A stretch of 64,000 bases of DNA from Eukaryota sp. GEM-RC1 (GCA_040285855.1 JAUFOQ010000016.1:372001-436000); one strand, 5' to 3'; positions 1 through 12,140 are shown, counted from the first letter of the stretch. Notes: generated from the letters alone by a model not told the origin. Translations and numbers: made by a program.

Positions 1-1357
1 CTTCTAACTTAACTAAGTCAGCAAGTGGAGATACATCGGATACACGAGTTCTTGTCAAATCAAGAACAATCAGATTTGAGAGGGAGCTCAATGGTGAAAT
101 GTCAGAAATGTTGCCAACAGATAAGATCAACTCCTTTAAGTTGATCATCCACATTAGAGGGGTGAAGTCATCTGATTTGATACCAAAAAGGTCCAGTTTT
201 TCAAGGTGTCTTAAATTTTTAATTTTAATAACAGTGCCTCGTCCAATGTCAGCACAGTTTCGGATTACCTCTTCAAACTTTGAACCTGAATCGAAGTGAA
301 AAATGTCTTCATCAGATGGTGCGACAACGACATTGTTATCACGATTGGCTGAGAAATCAAGAAATGACTGTTGAACATTCACAACGTTATTGACATTTGG
401 AAATGAATCACAAGCAAGTGATGGGCTCGCAACTGGAGCTATTGAATGATTACGAAGACTCCTAGGTCGATGAATTTCCACAGAACATAATTGACACAGA
501 TAGGTATCACACTGACAACAATAAAGAGTTGCTTCAGCATTGGAGCATTCTACACAGACTTGAATTGTTGGAGAAGACAGAGAAGATGTCAGTGAAACAT
601 CAAAAACCGGAACTGTCGAATATTGTGGATGAGTAGGAGAATATAGGTTCTGAATTTGTCCAGGCAAAGTATTGTGGATCCCAGTGCTTCCAAGAGATCC
701 AGTAGAATAAGCAAGTTGTTGTTGCAAAGACAGAAATCCATTTCTCATCTCAGAACAAATCGTTTCAGTGTGAGAGGACAGAACAGAATGTAGTGCTTGA
801 TCGCGATCGATGATCGCTTCAATTGAGCTATTTGATAGCTTTTCTAGAGTCTTACCAGTGAAACCGATAAGCACTTCGTGTGAAAAGTTGTCCAATAGTC
901 TGTTACAATCCAAAAATTGTCGTTTGAACGTCTCTCGACAAAACACTCTTTTGAGCAAACCTGCATCATCATGTTGAGATATGGATTGCCTAACTTTGTT
1001 GCACAGCTCAACGAAATGTAAGATGACTTGACGTAAACCCCTACATTTCGAGAGATCAGGGACTCTGAGCAAAGGAGAAACAATGAGTTCGGTGAGACGA
1101 AGCATTCTTGCGCCCAGCACTGCAGATTCAGATTTGTTAATCTTGACAGTCTTTATGGTTGAGAAAAGAGTTTGAAGTCCAGAGCCTAGAGGTTGCAAGA
1201 TAACTGAAGAAGCCATAACGACAGCAGCCAGCCGCAACACCGAATGTCCAACAGTGTCGATGAAAAGCTGTGGATTGATCTCCGCAAGATGATAGGGAAC
1301 ATCAGAAAGCATGGCACATAAAGATGAACTTAGATTCTGGTCCGTAGATCTGGACAT
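1..1357 (-). CDS. MLKL-like N-terminal helical domain + B-box + internalin-type LRR protein (runs off the window edge)
   Basis: Not in the ORF track. Manual translation from ATG 1357 (MSRSTDQNL...) stays open to base 1. Contains IKTVKINKSESAVLGARMLRL, B-box CVECSNAEATLYCCQCDTYLCQLCSVEIHRPRSLRNH, and LRRs LKELILSVGNISDISPLSSLSNLIVLDLTRTRVSDVSPL. Confidence 0.8.
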   Translation of the reverse strand, partial: MSRSTDQNLSSSLCAMLSDVPYHLAEINPQLFIDTVGHSVLRLAAVVMASSVILQPLGSGLQTLFSTIKTVKINKSESAVLGARMLRLTELIVSPLLRVPDLSKCRGLRQVILHFVELCNKVRQSISQHDDAGLLKRVFCRETFKRQFLDCNRLLDNFSHEVLIGFTGKTLEKLSNSSIEAIIDRDQALHSVLSSHTETICSEMRNGFLSLQQQLAYSTGSLGSTGIHNTLPGQIQNLYSPTHPQYSTVPVFDVSLTSSLSSPTIQVCVECSNAEATLYCCQCDTYLCQLCSVEIHRPRSLRNHSIAPVASPSLACDSFPNVNNVVNVQQSFLDFSANRDNNVVVAPSDEDIFHFDSGSKFEEVIRNCADIGRGTVIKIKNLRHLEKLDLFGIKSDDFTPLMWMINLKELILSVGNISDISPLSSLSNLIVLDLTRTRVSDVSPLADLVKLE

Positions 1358-1756
1358 TGTTAAGAGTGAGATTTGGGAGACTTCAATTCATGAACTATTG
1401 ACACTAACCCGAATTGGTTTAGCATCACTGAAAACTGCTGTAGATGGTGATTCTGTCAATCCTTCATATGCTTTAATACAGTATTTTTTTGTAAAGGATT
1501 ATTACCATTGTATTCACTTGCCACATGTTCCCCTAAATGGTATCACACATTATAACTAACCAAAGGATGGAGACTTCTGAATTTGGTGAAGTGTCTCAAT
1601 TGTGGCAAAATTTCGTCAAGTAAATTGCAAACCCTGCTATTGAAAAGTTAATCGGAAACACCAATTTCAAATTCTCTAAATGATTCATTTAAAACGAAAT
1701 AGAGATGATGTGAATAGTCATTTATCACAACGATGTCACAAACACAAAAGAATAAC

Positions 1757-2742
1757 TTACTTGGTGCTACTTTCCTGTAGGAAACTTTCAGGAAGTAGTA
1801 GCAATTTGTGTTCCTCAAGTTCTTTAAAAGTTGTTCTAATAGTCATTTCAGCAACATCAGTAACTTGATGAACTTGAGTGAGTGTCTGGCTTAAGTTATA
1901 AGCCTGACACACAAGCCAAATAGCGGCAGCTGCTAGAGTAGACGGCTGCCTATTAACAGCAATTTTCATCTGAGAGCATTGCGATATAACATGGCCAGCA
2001 GTGGCTGTGTGTTTCTGACTCATTCGTAGTTGATTGCAGAAACGAGGAATAAGGTCTTTGCAAGAACTCTCCTCCTGTTGTCCAGATCAGCCACTTTTTG
2101 AACATGCTTAACACAACGCCCAATTTCGAAAGATGACAATGTACAAAAGCTAGCAAGCTCGCGGTAACTCCGACTGACGTTATGTTCAGCAAACGAATGG
2201 TAGAAGCAAGCAATGTGAATTCCTTCCAAAGGACGCCCTCGTAAGCTCACTTGAGATTTAACTTTGTGAAAGATGTCGAGGGCACGGCCTTTTATACTTT
2301 CACTACATCCCATTAAGGTTCCCAAACGATTGAATTCAGTCTGAGCACGCGTCAAAGCTCTGTAATCTGAAGATTGGCCGGCTAAATGAAACATTCTCCT
2401 GGAGGGATCGTTACCTTCACCAATGTTCGTAGACAGTGTACCTGTTCCGAACATAGAATTGGTGGGGCCTCCGACACGAGAAGCCTCATCCCCGTGAGAG
2501 TCTGAGAACGTCCTCCATTCTGAATGTGTATCAATTAGTCCGCGTTCAGCAACCAAACCGCAGCGTTTACAAACAACATTTCCTTGACGGTGGTCTGCTG
2601 TTAGTATCTCTGGAAACAAAAAGAACAAAAAGCTATGAAACACTTAAATCATACCATGTATCAACATAGCATCAGGAGTTCGACACTCGCGACAGCTAGG
2701 AGTCTTATACAAAGGTCTTTCATCCGTTCTTGCTAAGGCCAT
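1757..2742 (-). CDS. TFIIB: Transcription initiation factor IIB; one intron and one apparent frameshift near 2065-2085
   Basis: Exon 1 MALART...CRECRTPDAMLIH joins DHRQGNVVCKRCG to give the Zn ribbon. B-reader EWRTFS and cyclin repeats follow. KDLIPRFCNQL continues in a shifted frame into ORF 1757..2023. Confidence 0.93.
2595..2654 (-). other. 60-nt spliceosomal intron GTATGA...TACTAACAGCAG
   Basis: Contains an in-frame TAA. Removing it restores the CxxC...CxxCG zinc ribbon of TFIIB. Confidence 0.9.
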
Positions 2743-2803
2743 GGAACGAAGAAAACCTCAACTTTTCACTTTTCCCCTTGATGATACAACATTGACCTCA
2801 CCT

Positions 2804-5800
2804 ATGACTGTTTCTGCCTCTCTTAATGACACAATATATGTTACAAACGTCACTCTGCTAAACTTTCGCTGCCATGATCATCTCTCTATGGACTTTCGCC
2901 CTGGGGTTACCATCATAACTGGCAGGAATGGCTCAGGAAAATCTTCCGTTCTCAATGCTCTGACTCTTCTCTTCGGTGCTGTCGAACAACGTCACGGTGC
3001 TCGCACTGTCCTCTCAGATTACATCAACTCTTCTGACGCAAATCATTCCGCCAAAGTCTCTGTCACCATTAACATCCCTTCCCATCATCCTCTCCATAGA
3101 CAGTCTCCTCTTCTGCACATTTCTCGTAGCATCACTCCTTCTGGAGGTGGGACTCATACACTTACTTGTGGAAAACAGACTGTTCTCAAAAAGAAGGCTG
3201 AAATCTGCCAGTTTCTTGCTGAAAACTTCGACATTAACTTTTCTTCTCCTCTGCAAATCCTCTCTCAAGATGACATGAAGATCTTTGGTACAATGGACCC
3301 TCGAAAGCTCTTCCGTTTCGTCTTTGAAAGTGCCCAGTTTGATAAGACCGAAGAGATCATTCAGAACTCCATTGCATTCCTCTCTCGATATCCTTCAGTT
3401 GTTAACACGGTTATGAGAGACATTAAGTTGAAGGAGGAGAATGTAAGTAAGCTGAAAGATCAGTTGGAGTGTGCTAAAAGTCTGGATCATAATAGAAATA
3501 TGAAAAACCAATTAATGTTTAAAATTTCTGTTTGTGATTTAAGAAGAGTTATGAAAGTTTTTGATGGCAAAAGGGATTTATTCTATAGCTTACAAGAAGA
3601 AATTGACAAGATGGAATCGGATATTCCTGAATTAGATGTCAGACTTAGAAGTGAATTAACTGCTGCTAGACAAATCAAATCTGATTTAACGGACGAGAAG
3701 AACTCTACTTTTATGGAAATTGCTTCTTTCAAATCAGAAAATGTTAACCTCGAGCATCTTCTTCGTTCTCATTTGGAAAAATTAGATCTTTTAAAAGCCA
3801 ACAGTACCAGGAAAAACGACCAGTGTGAGCACATAATATCTGAACTTCAACAGCTCATGGTTGATGATTTTGAGGAGATTTCAAGAGAAAAGAATCAGCA
3901 ACTAGAAGAGCTCACTGCAGAACGTGATAGACAGAAAACCCTCATCAGTGAGAGACATCGTGAGATTGAAGAATGTCGACAGTTAATTAGCTCAAAAGAT
4001 GCTGAATTCAAGGCCAAAAGAGAACGTGTGCAAAACATCAGTACAGAAATCAATCGACTATCAACCAAAAAGGATTCCTTATCATCTTCAGTTCCAGTAA
4101 TTCAACAAGAAATAGCCTCTTTAACTGGTCAAGTTAGCTCTCAAGTCTACTTAGATGTTAATGATGTTTGGCCTCACCCTGCTGATCAAAGACAAACTGC
4201 TCTGAGATTTCTTCAGAAGTCAACACGAGGGAATGTTCAGACAGCTGAACGGTTTCTGCAAGATTTAGATCAAATGAAGGCTCAAAAGAGGTTCCGCCAA
4301 CCAGTATTTGGTCCTTTAGGATGTTTCTTTGAAGCTGATCGCCACTACGTCGGACCAGTAAGTCACTATATGGGTAGGTTTGCCATGAGATTTCTTACCA
4401 CCAACAGTCAGGATCTTGCTTTATTAAAGAAATTGATGATGTCATCATTTGGTCGTAACCGTCCTGATATTATCTGTTTCCCTTACAAAGGTGAACCACC
4501 TATAACACCACCAGAACGTGATTACCTTATTCTTTCTGAACAAGATGTGGGTATTTCTAGAGTTTGTGATGCTGTCAGGTTCGTGTACTTTGATCAACTG
4601 CATCAACTTCCTCAATTAATTTCCGTCTACAATCAATATATCGAGTTTGGAGTGACTGCCACATCAGTTGCCATGAATGAGGACGCTCTTGATCGTTTCG
4701 TCGCTCGAACTAAAGAATTTGAACGTCTAGGTAGAATCTCAGTAATATCACCTAAAACTAAGACAGACATAGTCCGATCAGGTAACGCTCAGAGCACTCC
4801 TATTCACGGTGTTCCTGTTCTACTGAACATTGCTGCTGATACAAGTCAAGATGAAAGACAGAAGGAGGAACGTGTGGAGCGATTAACTCAGGAGGTTAAC
4901 AACAGTGAAAGGGAAATTTCAAATATTGCAAGGGATTTTGATTCTCTGATTGCCAGTCGGGATGCCTATAATGATGAAATCGGTTATTTACAACAGGAAC
5001 TCGACTCGTACAGAAGAAAGTATCGAGAGTTAAACGATGGTTTCAGAGAGTCTACATTGGAAGGGAATCGTTTAGATCGAGATATAGAAGAAGTAAGAGG
5101 ATTTCTTGCCAGTCGAAATATAGACAAAATCAATAGCATTAGAATGCGAAAGGAGCGGGATTTAGAACGTATTCGAATGGAAATTTTAAATAATGAAGAA
5201 GGAATCAAATCAACAGAGAATGACATTGAGAAGTTGCAGAAAGATTTACAAGGAATTGTCGAAACAATTGATGAAAAGAAGAGCTCTCACGTGGAATAGA
5301 GATCAGTCTTGGGGAAATAGATCAAAGATTGAGTGATTTGGTTGTTGAAGCTAGAAAGCATGAATCTGAAGTTGCTGGTATACGGAAGAAAATTCATGAA
5401 AAAAAGCTGAAACTTGATGAACTTACTGATTTTCTTGCTCATGAAGAGGTCAATATTACTACTGTTCAGGAACATCTATCTCAGACTCACATGGAAGGAA
5501 ACCTTGACCCCAATGATTGTCCGTTTGATTTCACTGATGACGTTTACAATGAAAGTCTTGAATCGGAATACCGTCATCAACTAGCTGTTGTTGAAACTCA
5601 AATCAATACAGCAGAACAATCAGAAGTGATTGATCTTCGTGAAGCCATGCGATTGGTAGAGAATCATAAAATGGAAGTGGTTGAGAAAAGCACCAGACTC
5701 GCCTTTTTTATAGAAGAAACCGTTGACTTCCAAAGTAGATTTGATAATGTCCAACAAAGCTTCGCCATTCAAAAAGACGAACTAATCAAAAGCGTCTGTG

Positions 5801-6225
5801 ATAGCTTTGGTGACATCATCCCCAATCTAAAAGGCCACTTACAAGGCAGAGCTTTCTTTAGTCTGAGTGAAGGAACTATAAGTTTAGAAATCAAATCTGA
5901 ATCACATAACTACCGTAGTGTTACTCAATGTTCTGGAGGAGAGCGATCTGTCTGTACTATTGCTTTCCTTCGAGCTTGCTCTGAACGACTTCGCCATCCA
6001 ATTAAGTGTATTGATGAGTTTGACGTGTACCAAGATACAGCTACTAGGATTAGTACTTTGAAGGACTTAGTTCTTTCTGGGCTTGATATTAATAGGGAAA
6101 CTGGACTGTTTGCTCATCAGACTATTCTAGTAACTCCACATGAGTTTGTGACTCCAGACTTACCGCCAGAGTTGGAAGAATATTTTAGAATTATTAAATT
6201 GGATCCTCCTAATCGCGAATCGTGA
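2804..6225 (+). CDS. SMC6: Structural maintenance of chromosomes protein 6; frameshift near 5272-5299
   Basis: NFRCH, Walker A GRNGSGKS, coiled coils, hinge (GPLG), signature SGGERS and Walker B DEFDVYQD. ORFs 2741..5299 and 5329..6225 join by a one-base shift. ATG 2804 is preferred because ATG 2741 overlaps the TFIIB start codon. Confidence 0.9.
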
Positions 6226-6469
6226 TGACGTGATATTTTAGTACTGGATAGTTTTTAAATTATTTAATTTGTAATTTACTTTACAACAGTCTTAATAAAG
6301 ACTATTTTTGAAAGACTTTTGTTTCTACACAATGTAAGAAGTCTATCAAAATGTACAGCTTCACTATTTTGAACACATATGGTTGTTTTTGTGAGGAATC
6401 ACTTTCAATGTAAGTCAAATATTTCACAAATTGTTGATATTTAAATGTCAAATCACAGTATAACATATA

Positions 6470-7152
6470 ACCGTAACTGGTATTGGTTATTGACCTTTCA
6501 ATCAATATTGGTTATCGACCAATATATTGATCACTAATGCAATACAGTTGAAACTGTCAAATAGAGAAGATTTGTCAAGATATACATAACAATTGGTAGA
6601 TTGCAAAATAGAACTGGAAGATAAAACTAAACTTTATTCGGTACCCAGTACTGGAAGATTGAGTAAGATTGATTAATTTGATACAGCAAGGCCATCTTCT
6701 GACCTATTGGCGAAACAAACTGGTTTTGGTTTACGGACTGTTCCGACATCACAAGGTCTTCTGTTGTACTACAGCCAATCGGCTATTGAATCAAGAATAG
6801 CGAGTCATTCCATTTGTTGAGGGAAAAATAGGAGACATACATTGTTTTATTGTCAGTCATACAGATGTTATGAGTTAGTTCAGAAGAAAATACTTTCCAC
6901 AATATATCTCTTCTGTTGAATTGACAGTTTTTCCAAAATATGTAGGTTGTTGACTAGAAGTTCAATTAACGTGTAGCTGGCAGACACTCATATACTTTGT
7001 CCCGTGAAATATTTGCGACACAACACCTGAACATCTATGTTGACCAATATTGTCAATATATTGGTATTGGTTTTTCACCAATCAATCAATATTGGAACAT
7101 ACTAGTATTTATTGGCAATGTGGTATTGGCAATTCAGTATTACATAGCCCTG
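6470..7152. mobile_element. Decayed hAT-like non-autonomous element
   Basis: TATTGG/CCAATA motif clusters at both ends (6478-6530, 7045-7135). The right end reads ...GTATTACATAGCCCTG, a CAGGG-type hAT terminus. The left terminus is not recognisable. Confidence 0.5.
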
Positions 7153-7640
7153 TATATATAACCCCCTTTATATTTTAACGTAATCTTTTACCGGATAGGG
7201 ATTAAGTCATTTGGATTTATTCTTAGTATTGTCTGTTTGTTTTTGCAGGAAAGTTACCTTTTTCGGTACCGAATAAATATTTCATTTTTTTAAAACCCTA
7301 ATAGACAATCCCTGATCAGGAGTTATATTTCAGTTCCAGTGAAAGTAGTTGTCGCAAGATAGTTCCGAGTCATTTTTATGTGTGCTTATATTCGAATTGA
7401 GAGCAATCAACTCTTTTTCCCACTTCAGGAAATCTGGTGCAAACTTTTGGCTAGTATCAAAAAGAAAAGGTGTTCTAAGTTAGAGCAGGGGTTGTATTAG
7501 ACAGGGTATACTACCCCAAAAACAAATGTACTAGAGGTCCTTTATTGACAAACAGTTGAAACTTTAAACTGATTCCAACAGAAGCTCAGCAACCAAACCC
7601 TAATAACTTCGACATTTACAACAAAACTACCTAACAAACA

Positions 7641-9449
7641 TTAACTGGCTCGCCACTTAGTTGCCTCAACTAAAATATCAATCAATTTTTCAATATCTTT
7701 CTTTTGCAAACTAGTGATTCGCTGTCGCTTTATAGGCTTAACAATAGAATTGAAAAATTTTAAATTTCTCGTAGACGCTGCAGCCTCCAAAGCTTTAGCG
7801 TATAATCCAACAGAAACAGCAACATTAGCCTTTTCAAAGGGATCCGTAAAATAGTCCACGAACTCAGTAAGGAAAGTATTAGAAACATTATTAACATGTA
7901 GAATAGAAACAAATGTTTCAAGACCTACAGATACACTAGGGACTTTTGCAAACAGTCTCTTCGTTACCAGCGCGGTTCTACAATGTTCAAAGTTCTTCAG
8001 GGAAGCATTGACCTTTAAATATTGCATGTCGAATATATACTTCGACATATCAAAGGATTTCTTGATGACCGCAGAGTCGAGGGATTTGTCAGGAAATTTA
8101 CCAAATTTTAAAATAAATCTGAGCATACTCAGTGTTGAATAAATTGAATCTAAAGGGAACACAATCTTGTTTTCTGGTTTCTTCGAATTAACTTTCTCAA
8201 TATGTGAGACGATCTTCTCTCCACAATTCTGTTGATGAATATACAGTTTGACCATCTCCTTAAAAAACTGATACCTATCAATCATCACCTGACTGCGACA
8301 CTTGCCAATCACATCGTCAGCAGTCGTTAACAAGCTATCTAATCCCAAAACCCTCGATCTAAAGGTAGGTCGAGTCTGAATTTCTAAAAACAATGATCGT
8401 AAATAACCCTCAAAATCCAGACAACTCTTCAAAACGATACTCTGCTCTTTAAATTGCCTTGAATCTTCTAAATACCGAGAGTAATATCTCTTGGCTTCAG
8501 GTACAGCTTTAAGCAACAAACAAAACCAAGGAAGTTCTAGAGTGTTCCTTAGGTGGAATAATACTTGGAAAACAACGTCATAGCCACGTGGATCTCCGTA
8601 ATCAAGATACTTAACAGAAGCTATCAGAAGTTCAGCCTTTTGATGGCTTGTTATAAGGTGGTGCAGAGGAGAGGGAATTTGGAGAAAGAGACGTCGACAG
8701 ACAGCAGTTGGTGACGTGTCAGACCAAAGTGAAAGATCGCCTTCTAACTTCTTAACTTTGTAGTTGAGTCGATCGTTCTCGTCTTGTAGTTCTCTAATCA
8801 TGTCCGATACACTTGAACTGGGCAGAGTAGGTGAAGGTTGACGAAGGACAGGTTTGAGGGGGTAAGGATTAGGAGGGAAGTACGGCTCAGAGGGTGCTGA
8901 TGAGGGAGGAGAGGATTCACGAGATGTAGGACTTCGAGGAGGGGGACTGTAGGGAGGCGAGGGGGTGGGTGATGGGTCTTTTAGAGGATGGTCAGGAACA
9001 GAAAAGGTTGGAGAGGATTCAGGAGAGGACTTGGTGTGGAATCCAAGAGGTTGAAAATCAAGAAAAGAAGACATGGTCGGCACGTCATCATCTGAAAGAA
9101 CTGGAGAAGGTGCAGGTAGATAAAACGAGAGAGATGGCGGAGGTGTGGGTGAAGAATTAGGTGGTGAGTCTGAGAATTGATTAGGATTTGGAGAGTTTAG
9201 AGGTGGAGAAGCCGTTGAATGAAGCGTTAACCCATAACCATTGTCAGATGAAGAATATGAAGTACCAGGAGGGTTGTGTATGAACGTTGCTTGGTGCTCC
9301 TGGTAAGACAAGTGAGGAGATGGGGATTTGGCATTACTGAATTCAGAAGAAACAGCGATGGAATCAACCATAGAGACTGTGTTGTAAGATCTAGCGGAAG
9401 CTTGATCAAGGTCATCTGCTAGCTTATCAAGATCTGAAAAGCGGTGCAT
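7641..9449 (-). CDS. VIPAS39/SPE-39 (Vps16 C-terminal-like) protein with Ser/Pro-rich N-terminus
   Basis: 602-aa ORF. KAELLIASVKYLDYGDPRGYDVVFQVLFHLRNTL...LLLKAVPEAKRYYSRYL resembles the start of the Vps16_C/SPE-39 helical domain. There is no N-terminal beta-propeller. Confidence 0.6.
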   Translation of the reverse strand: MHRFSDLDKLADDLDQASARSYNTVSMVDSIAVSSEFSNAKSPSPHLSYQEHQATFIHNPPGTSYSSSDNGYGLTLHSTASPPLNSPNPNQFSDSPPNSSPTPPPSLSFYLPAPSPVLSDDDVPTMSSFLDFQPLGFHTKSSPESSPTFSVPDHPLKDPSPTPSPPYSPPPRSPTSRESSPPSSAPSEPYFPPNPYPLKPVLRQPSPTLPSSSVSDMIRELQDENDRLNYKVKKLEGDLSLWSDTSPTAVCRRLFLQIPSPLHHLITSHQKAELLIASVKYLDYGDPRGYDVVFQVLFHLRNTLELPWFCLLLKAVPEAKRYYSRYLEDSRQFKEQSIVLKSCLDFEGYLRSLFLEIQTRPTFRSRVLGLDSLLTTADDVIGKCRSQVMIDRYQFFKEMVKLYIHQQNCGEKIVSHIEKVNSKKPENKIVFPLDSIYSTLSMLRFILKFGKFPDKSLDSAVIKKSFDMSKYIFDMQYLKVNASLKNFEHCRTALVTKRLFAKVPSVSVGLETFVSILHVNNVSNTFLTEFVDYFTDPFEKANVAVSVGLYAKALEAAASTRNLKFFNSIVKPIKRQRITSLQKKDIEKLIDILVEATKWRAS

Positions 9450-9769
9450 GAAAGGTGTTGCATCAAAAAATTGAGGAAATGTCTACCAGTTTTGACTGGC
9501 TGGGTTGACACTTCAAATGACAGTTAATTCAGTGGTATTAGTAGTACTGACTACACCTATAGGACCAAGACAGGCTGACTGTAGGTATTTGAACGTCACA
9601 AATCGATCATTTACTCTTTACTAAACAGAACAAATAGACTATAACAATAGTATCGAATAATATAAGAACAATGAGTTGCGACAAACGCACACACAAGGGT
9701 TCGTGTTGTTTCAGAATCTGAATCATCAAACCCATATACATGCCAAAGTGACGATATTCATTGTATTTG

Positions 9770-10085
9770 GACTAAACCTAACCACGTTAGAATCTTTTTT
9801 GGTTGAAATGGAGGTGGGCTGTGCAAATATCTCGGATATTTCACAAACTGGTCATCAGAAGTCTCCAGAATTCTGGGTATTTTTGACCTATCATCTTAAC
9901 TTTAGAACCCACATTTCACTCATCCATCATCTTCACTTCATTGCACTTGAACCAAACCTTGCTTTTGGTGTAACACCTCTCAATCGTGTTAACACGTGGG
10001 TTATAGGGTTGATAAAGTGTCAGACCAGTTTATTTCAAGACCGTAACCTAACCCTGACCTTTATAGTGCACGTGTTAACCAGATC
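9770..10085. repeat. Degenerate repeat with CGTGTTAACACG and telomere-like CCTAAC/TAGGGTT motifs
   Basis: CGTGTTAACACGTG near 9985 and CACGTGTTAACC near 10068 match the internal motif of the MITE at 12828-13166. Confidence 0.4.
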
Positions 10086-10310
10086 ATTTAATAATCTTAG
10101 TAGGCTGTGATTGATCTCTATTTCTTTTGATGACGTGAGTAATTCCCTTCATTATACGAACACCTATCAAACATTAGTCATCTTATGTTGGCTTATGCCA
10201 CTGGAAAGGGATTTATGAAGAAATGGTTAAGCAAAAACTTCTAGAATAATTGTATCTAGAAGCTAATGTGGAAACACAACTTCAAATTCATGTTTAAACA
10301 AGCTTTTTCT

Positions 10311-12140
10311 TCAATTGTTCTTGGTAGTAGAAGTTCTTGAATTTATGGGGCTGGAAATTGGATCAGTAGATTCTTTAATGTTCAATTGATAATTAATTCT
10401 AGGAGGAACTTTCATATCTAGCATGGCTGAAGTTTGACACAAGAAATTACTACCAGAGTCAACTTTAAGTCTCTTTAACTGAACTATAAGAGAACGAATT
10501 GGTTTTTCAGTTATAGCAGTCGTTTTTGACCGATGCGGTGTTTTCACCAAACGTTTGAAATCACTAACAGTAGCAAAGAGAATTCTAAACGTTACCTTCT
10601 CGATGTCAGCCAAGGATCCAATAATAAAAAACATCTGAAGACCCAACATGTTCAAAAGGACGTGCTTTTGAAAACTCTGATGCAAAAGATGGATGTACTA
10701 ATACTTCATTCATTGGCAGTTTCAATTCATGAATTGGGTTCAAAAAAGTTTCACAACTACTGATTTTCTCACAAAATGATGGATTTTTAACTTTATCACC
10801 CAAAATAAGGCGAATTTTGGTCGAAAAGTCATGTTTGTGTTGTCTTGAAGGTTGTAAGGAGTATCCCATTGAACGTTCCTGTTTATCAACGTTGTCCAGA
10901 CCAAGACAGCAGTTTGCAACCGTTTCATCTAAAAGTATATTGATCCACTCAACTGAATATTCATTTGGAATTGCAGTGTGATATATCTCACTTACGAACT
11001 CCTTCTTTTCATCATCAGGCAATCGAATTTGGTCTCTAAAATTCTGTGACCTTTTTGAATTTTCCTCAAAAATAGCCCAGAAGTTGAACATATCTGACAC
11101 AAATAAACTATTCACAGATGGTTTTTTGTCTCTGTGAGTGGCTTGTTGAGAAGTTGGTTGAATCTGAAAGATATTTTGGCCAAAAATATAAGAAAAGCCA
11201 GTTTTTTCGAGACAAAAACATCGATAGCAATTCTAATCTATCAGTTTCAAGAAAATCGTTGAGTTGGTTTTCAGACCAAAAAGGCACTACTTTGCGCTGA
11301 CTCATTCGATCTTTTTGCAGTAAGGGATTAGCTGTTTTCAGATTGGAAAGTTCTGTAAACGTGGCCGAGATCAGGCAAGTCTTGTGGCGGAGCATTAACT
11401 TCATATTCTGCTGTTGGTGGTTCATTCTTGTGAACGTCTTTAATCTGTTCCTTGGCCCAGGTTTTTCCTTCTGTGACACAATTTACCTTTTTATGTCTAA
11501 GCTTTCCTGTAACATAGTCAGCTTCAAATGATATTCGATTATGGTATTTGTACCAATATGGTATATTCTCGACATCTACTAAGAATAAACGAACAACATC
11601 AGGTTTGCGGGGAACAAGGTTGGCTTCGATATCACCATGCTGAGTAAGATCATATGCAAAAGGTTGGGCTGATGAAAGAAGAGAAAGATGAATGGTAGAA
11701 GCTCCTAGAAGTTTAAGCAAAGCCAAGACACAACGCCTCGAGAAAATATGTTCTCCTGGCATTTGTCTAAAGACCTGATGTTCTTTGTTAGATTGACAGT
11801 TCATGATGAAACAACTGTTAAAATTTTGAAATGCTCGGCAATTGTTAAATTGTTGACTTCTGACCATAGCTTGAAAATTATATACTTGTTCCGTTATAAT
11901 TTGTTATATTAATAATCTTTTTTCACTCCAACGAGGAAATTATCCAATTATTATAGAATCTTTTGCGTCTTGTTTCTTGCTCCACATGCTAAATACTAAC
12001 TCTCCAACTGACGTTTTGTTTGAAAAGACACCAATCAAGTCCTCACGTTCAGCCTGAAGATTTGTTACAGAATCGCACGTTTACTTAGCACAACAAATCG
12101 GAGATGAAACCGTAGTTGGTGATGTTACAAGAGAAACAAG
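10311..12140 (-). pseudogene. Decayed polyprotein element, copy 1: unknown domains plus a degenerate 2A-like peptide
   Basis: ORFs 11328..11867, 11108..11479, 10606..11115 and 10311..10685 form one frameshifted reading frame. It extends upstream in frame through TAA codons at 11904-6, 11940-2 and 12081-3. The protein is similar to 46430-47400. Confidence 0.75.

Noticed and set aside
2741..2803. SMC6 start at 2741 overlapping the TFIIB ATG (CCATGG)
   Set aside because: It would leave no promoter space; ATG 2804 lies just before the conserved SMC N-terminus.
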